Shown piece after piece: positions 59,905 to 64,000 of a stretch of 64,000 bases of DNA (position 1 is its first letter; the number at the start of each line of letters is the position of its first letter). Under the pieces are notes generated by a model that saw only the letters and a program-made list of their open reading frames with translations, had not been told where the DNA came from and ran no database searches. The position numbers and the translations under genes were made by a program. Source of the DNA: an uncultured Actinomycetes bacterium (GTDB taxonomy: Bacteria; Actinomycetota; Thermoleophilia; Gaiellales; Gaiellaceae); NCBI GenBank assembly GCA_963775395.1, contig CAVZIX010000018.1:2935-66934 (forward strand), read 5' to 3'.

Positions 59905-62900
59905 TCACGCCGCGTCGAGGCGGGAGGACAGTCGACCCTTCCCGAAGCGGAGGTAGAGAGAGGGGACGACGAACAGATTGAGCAGCGTGGAGGTGAAGAG
60001 CCCGCCGAGGACTACCACGGCCAGCGGGTGTTCGATCTCGTGGCCGGGACGATCGCCGGCGACGACCAGAGGCAGGATGGCCAGTCCTGCTGCAAGCGTG
60101 GTCATGAGGATCGGCGCGAGGCGCTCTCGCGCCCCGCGCAGGACGAGCCCGCGACCGAACGTCTCGCCCTCGTGCTGCTCGAGATGCTGGAAATGGTTGA
60201 TCATCAGGATCCCGTTGCGAGCGGCGATTCCGAAGACCGTGAAGAACCCGACGAGCGAGCCGAGCGAAAGCACGCCCCCACCGATGAACGCCGCCAGCAG
60301 GCCGCCCACGAGCGCCATCGGGAGAGTCAGGAAGGACATGGTCGCCAGGCGCCAGCTCCGGAAGGACACCTGCAGGAGAAGGAAGATGGCGACCGCCGTA
60401 CCGATCGAGAAGAGGAGCATGCGCCGCTGAGCGGCCTGGCGCTCCTTGTACTCGCCCAGCACCTCCGCGCTGTATCCGAGCGTGAAGTCCAGGTCCTCGA
60501 CGCGATCCTCGACCTCGCGCGCCACCGAGCCCAGATCCCGCCCCTGGACGTTCGCGCTGACCTCCAGCCGCCGCGAGGCGTTCTCCCGCTCGATCGTGTT
60601 CGGAGTCGGGGCGACACGGACGGCGGCCAGCTGCTCCAGGGCAACCTGGCCGTCGCGCGGCGTGTCGATGGGGAGCGCGCGGATGTCCGTGAGGCTGTGT
60701 CGCGCCTCGGGTGTGCTCCAGAGGTGGACGTCGTACGCCTTGCCGCCCCGGTAGATGTCGCCGACCTCCTCGCTCGCCAGGAAAATTCCTGACGCCCGCC
60801 GGACCTCGCCCGGCTTGACGCCGTAGCGCTCGGCGGCCGCCAGGTCGACCTCGACTTCCACCTGGGGAACGTCGGCGTGCAGCTCGATCTTCGCCTCGAC
60901 GAGGCCGTCGACCCCCTCCATTGTCTGCAGCACCTTCTCCGCCTCTTCCTGGAGGACGCCGAGGTCGTCGCCGAAGATACGCACGACGATCTCGTCGCTC
61001 GATCCGGTCAGCACCTCTCTGATCCGCTCCTTCAGATACGTCTGCACGTCCCGAACGAGCCCGGGATAGCCGTTGACGACCTCCTGGACCCGGGCGAGCG
61101 TCTTGTCGTAGTCGACGTCCGGGTCGACGCTGATCCAGTTCTCGCCGAAGTAGATTCCGTACGGCTCGTCTCCCAGCATGGCGTTCCCGATGTGGGATCC
61201 GCAGTTGCGGACGCCTGGGATGGCTCGCAGCTCGCGACATGCGCGAACCGAGATCCTCGTCTCCTCGGGACCGGACGTATCGGGCTTGGTCAGCCAGTGC
61301 ATGAGGAAGTCCCGTTCCTTGAAGGAAGGAAGCAGCGACTGTCCCAGGAAGGGCACCACCGCCAGGCCGGTGACCGCTGTGACGCCGACGGCGGCGTACG
61401 CCCAGCTCGGCCTGTGAATGACCCGGGAGAGAACGCTCTCGTAGCCTTTCTGCAGCCAGCGGACGAGAGGCTGTTGGCGACGCTCGAGCGGTGCGTTCGA
61501 CAGGAGTATGAGGGCCATCGCGGGCGTGACAGTGAGCGCGACGATGAGAGAGGCCGCGACGGCGAGGACGTAGGAGAGCGCGAGTGGCTGGAAGAACGCG
61601 CCCGTGAGGCCGGTCAGGAAGAAGATCGGAGCCATCGCCGCGAAGATGATTAGCGTCGCGTAGACGATCGAGGGACGGACTTCGAGCGAGGCCTCGAGGA
61701 CGATGGCGGCCGTCGGCTTCCGGCTGCCCTGCCGGCGATGCTCTCGCAGCCGCCGCACGATGTTCTCGACGTCGATGATCGCGTCGTCGACCACCACCCC
61801 GACGGCGATCACGAATCCGGCCAGGACCATGACGTTGATCGTCGCACCGCGCAGGTAGAGGACGAGCCCCGCGGCGACCAGGGAGACGGGGATGGCGACG
61901 ACGCTGATCAGCGCGGCCCGCCATTCGAACAGAAAGGCTCCGATGACGAGGATCACGAGCAGCGCGCCGATCAGCAGGGCCTTCGTAAGATTGTCGATCG
62001 ACGCCTCGATGAACGTCGCCGGCCGGAAGATGGTCGTGTCGACCTCGATCCCGGACAGTCCCGGCCGGAGCTTCTCCATCGCGTCCTCGACGCCCCGGGT
62101 CACCTCCAAGGTGTTCGCCCAGGGCAGCTTCTCGACGATGAGCATGAGGCCGGGGCCGTCGTTGATGACGGCATCTCCCATGAGGGGCTGGTGGTCGATC
62201 ACGATGTCGGCTACGTCGCTCAGAAGGAGCGTCTCGCCGTCCGCGTTCTGGATGGTCACCTTGGAGAAGTCGGCCGTCGTGATGACCGGGAAGACGTGCC
62301 GGACGTTGAGCCGCTGGTTGGGGCCGTCGATGAAGCCGCCGGTGCCGACCTCCCCCGCGTCCGACCAGGACACCAGGCTCCCCACGTCCAGGTTCTTCGC
62401 GGTCTGCTCCTGGAGGGACGTCAGGGAAACGTTGTGAGCTCGCAGCCGCTCCGGATCGGCTTGCACCTGGTACTGGTGCAGGCGCTCCCCCCAGATCGGC
62501 ACGTTCGCCACTCCGGGCACTCGCAGCAGCCGCGCCCTGATCTTCCAGTAGGCCACCAGGGACATGTCGATCAGGGACAAGCTGTCCGAGGTGAGCCCGA
62601 TCTTCATGACCCGGCTCGTCGAGGACAGGGGCTGGATCATGAACGGCGGGGCCGACCAGCTCGGCAACGTCGGGGTGACGGTCGCCACGCGCTCCTGAAC
62701 GAGCTGCCGTGCATGCAGGGGATCGGTCCCGCGGTCGAAGAGGAGCTGGATCGACGAGAGCTGCGGAACTGACTTGGAGCGGATCGTGTCCAGCCCCGGC
62801 ATCCCCTGGAGGGATTGCTCCAGCGGAACAGTGATCAGGGCCTCGACCTCCTCGGCCGAGAGCCCGGTGCTGATCGTCTGGATCTCGACCTTGGGCTGGG

Positions 62901-63027
62901 CGAACTCGGGGAAGACGTCCACCGGCGTATCGCGGAGCAGCCCGCTGCCAAAGACCAGTAGCGAAGCGCCGGCCGCGACGACGAGATAGCGGAACTTGAG
63001 GCTCGTTCCGACTATCCAGCGCATCAT
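59905..63027 (-). CDS. RND efflux permease, CusA/CzcA (heavy-metal efflux) family
   Basis: MMRWIVGTSLKFRYLVVAAGASLLVFG...VDVFPEFAQPKVEIQT...VVDDAIIDVENI... About 1040 aa with 12 TM segments and two large loops. Confidence 0.9.
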   Translation of the reverse strand: MMRWIVGTSLKFRYLVVAAGASLLVFGSGLLRDTPVDVFPEFAQPKVEIQTISTGLSAEEVEALITVPLEQSLQGMPGLDTIRSKSVPQLSSIQLLFDRGTDPLHARQLVQERVATVTPTLPSWSAPPFMIQPLSSTSRVMKIGLTSDSLSLIDMSLVAYWKIRARLLRVPGVANVPIWGERLHQYQVQADPERLRAHNVSLTSLQEQTAKNLDVGSLVSWSDAGEVGTGGFIDGPNQRLNVRHVFPVITTADFSKVTIQNADGETLLLSDVADIVIDHQPLMGDAVINDGPGLMLIVEKLPWANTLEVTRGVEDAMEKLRPGLSGIEVDTTIFRPATFIEASIDNLTKALLIGALLVILVIGAFLFEWRAALISVVAIPVSLVAAGLVLYLRGATINVMVLAGFVIAVGVVVDDAIIDVENIVRRLREHRRQGSRKPTAAIVLEASLEVRPSIVYATLIIFAAMAPIFFLTGLTGAFFQPLALSYVLAVAASLIVALTVTPAMALILLSNAPLERRQQPLVRWLQKGYESVLSRVIHRPSWAYAAVGVTAVTGLAVVPFLGQSLLPSFKERDFLMHWLTKPDTSGPEETRISVRACRELRAIPGVRNCGSHIGNAMLGDEPYGIYFGENWISVDPDVDYDKTLARVQEVVNGYPGLVRDVQTYLKERIREVLTGSSDEIVVRIFGDDLGVLQEEAEKVLQTMEGVDGLVEAKIELHADVPQVEVEVDLAAAERYGVKPGEVRRASGIFLASEEVGDIYRGGKAYDVHLWSTPEARHSLTDIRALPIDTPRDGQVALEQLAAVRVAPTPNTIERENASRRLEVSANVQGRDLGSVAREVEDRVEDLDFTLGYSAEVLGEYKERQAAQRRMLLFSIGTAVAIFLLLQVSFRSWRLATMSFLTLPMALVGGLLAAFIGGGVLSLGSLVGFFTVFGIAARNGILMINHFQHLEQHEGETFGRGLVLRGARERLAPILMTTLAAGLAILPLVVAGDRPGHEIEHPLAVVVLGGLFTSTLLNLFVVPSLYLRFGKGRLSSRLDAA

Positions 63028-63049
63028 TGAGGCCGACCTCCCCGCTCGC

Positions 63050-63526
63050 TCAGTGTCCGCTGTCGGCTCCGATGCCGTTCTCGGCACCAAACAGCTCGGC
63101 CACTCCGACCGTCACGACCATCGTCCCACTGGGTGGGCCTTCCGAGAGAACGGCGCGATCCCCGTCGATCGTCTCGACGGTGATGGGAGCCCGGACGAAC
63201 GTCAGCGACTCGGGGCTCGTGTACGTCCAGGTCTTCCCGTCCGGCTCGTAGAGCACCGCGGAGTAGGGAATGACGGTTCGCTGCTGGGCGCCTTCGCCCT
63301 CCACGCGAACCGCCGTTGTTTGCACGTCGAGCCGCTCGGCCGCCTCCGCCGTCAGGGTGATGAGGCTGAGGTCGTCGTTCCCTTCGAGAGGCTCGACCTT
63401 GGCGGGCTCCTCGGCGCTTGCCCCGGCGTCTTCGTCTGCCCCCTGGCAAGCGGTGAGCGGAAGGACGGCGACGACCAGAACTGCCGCGAGCCAGAGGGTG
63501 CTGCGTCGCACGATGCTCCGGTTCAT
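63050..63526 (-). CDS. Small lipoprotein between two RND permease genes (possible minimal periplasmic-adaptor-like beta domain)
   Basis: Lipobox VLPLTAC. ...RTVIPYSAVLYEPDGKTWTYTSPESLTFVRAPITVETIDGDRAVLSEGPPSGTMVVTVG resembles only the C-terminal barrel part of membrane-fusion proteins. Confidence 0.65.
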   Translation of the reverse strand: MNRSIVRRSTLWLAAVLVVAVLPLTACQGADEDAGASAEEPAKVEPLEGNDDLSLITLTAEAAERLDVQTTAVRVEGEGAQQRTVIPYSAVLYEPDGKTWTYTSPESLTFVRAPITVETIDGDRAVLSEGPPSGTMVVTVGVAELFGAENGIGADSGH

Positions 63527-63538
63527 GTCCCTTCCTCC

Positions 63539-64000
63539 CTATGCATCGAGTTGTCTGGTGACCGGATCGACGCTGGCGAGGCCGACGCGCAGGTACAAGG
63601 CCGGTACGACGAAGAGGCTGAGAAATGTCGTCGTGACGACGCCGCCAATGACGACGGCGGCCATCGGGCGCACGACCTCGAGGCCGGCGCTGCCACCCAG
63701 GATCAGCACCGGCACGAACACGAGCACGGCCGCCAAAGCGGTGATCAGGATCGGCGCCAGGCGCTCCCCCGCCCCGCGCAGGACCAGCTGTCGACCGAAG
63801 GCGCCGCCGTTCTCCTGCTCGAGCTGCCGGTAGTGGCTGATCAGGAGAACGCTGTTGCGCGCGGCGAGCCCGAGCACGGCGAGCAGGCCGATGTAGGACC
63901 CGAACGAGAGTGTGCCGCCGTCGGCGAGCGCCCCGAGGACTCCGCCGGCGACCGCGAGCGGCAACGTCAGGAAGGCCAGCGCCGCCCGGCGCCAAGCGCC
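63539..64000 (-). CDS. C-terminal part of a second CusA/CzcA-family RND permease (5' end outside the window)
   Basis: ...LLAVLGLAARNSVLLISHYRQLEQENGGAFGRQLVLRGAGERLAPILITALAAVLVFVPVLILGG...GGVVTTTFLSLFVVPALYL parallels the C-terminus of the 59905..63027 protein. The frame is open to the window edge. Confidence 0.85.
   Translation of the reverse strand, partial: GAWRRAALAFLTLPLAVAGGVLGALADGGTLSFGSYIGLLAVLGLAARNSVLLISHYRQLEQENGGAFGRQLVLRGAGERLAPILITALAAVLVFVPVLILGGSAGLEVVRPMAAVVIGGVVTTTFLSLFVVPALYLRVGLASVDPVTRQLDA

Overview
This is a very GC-rich, Actinomycetota-like chromosomal segment. Third codon positions are almost all G/C. nucS/EndoMS, korAB, a DUF6458 protein and GGAGG-type ribosome-binding sites fit that placement. 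I can support about 60 protein genes, 2 tRNAs (Pro-TGG, Gly-TCC) and several hairpin terminators. I saw no transposase, integrase, CRISPR array or rRNA. Most genes are housekeeping, transport or signalling: MFS, three EamA, two AI-2E, a Na+/H+ antiporter, two CusA/CzcA-type RND permeases, ileS, trxA, korAB, gadB, an L,D-transpeptidase, an M14 carboxypeptidase, an arylsulfatase, a five-GAF histidine kinase and two class III cyclases. The main finding is a compact six-gene operon at 36027-41357 (iclR-grdE-grdB-grdC-trx-grdA) encoding a selenocysteine-dependent glycine/sarcosine/betaine-type reductase. Both grdB (TGA 38974-38976) and grdA (TGA 41019-41021) read through an in-frame UGA exactly at the family's conserved Sec position, so ORF callers split or truncate them. 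The operon lacks grdD and trxB, carries its own CQPC thioredoxin, starts with an IclR regulator, and lies between the two tRNA genes. Other observations: two clear frameshift-disrupted genes (about 12400 and about 56320) and one ambiguous junction (21570); an EamA ORF with no stop codon until it has read through tRNA-Pro; an 18-bp palindrome present twice (23337, 27124); an IleRS in which both class I signature motifs look degenerate; a cyclase-receiver fusion that has lost its output domain; and a lower-GC patch downstream of tRNA-Gly. The many long R/S/P-rich ORFs in the track are antisense or off-frame shadows of real genes and are rejected.
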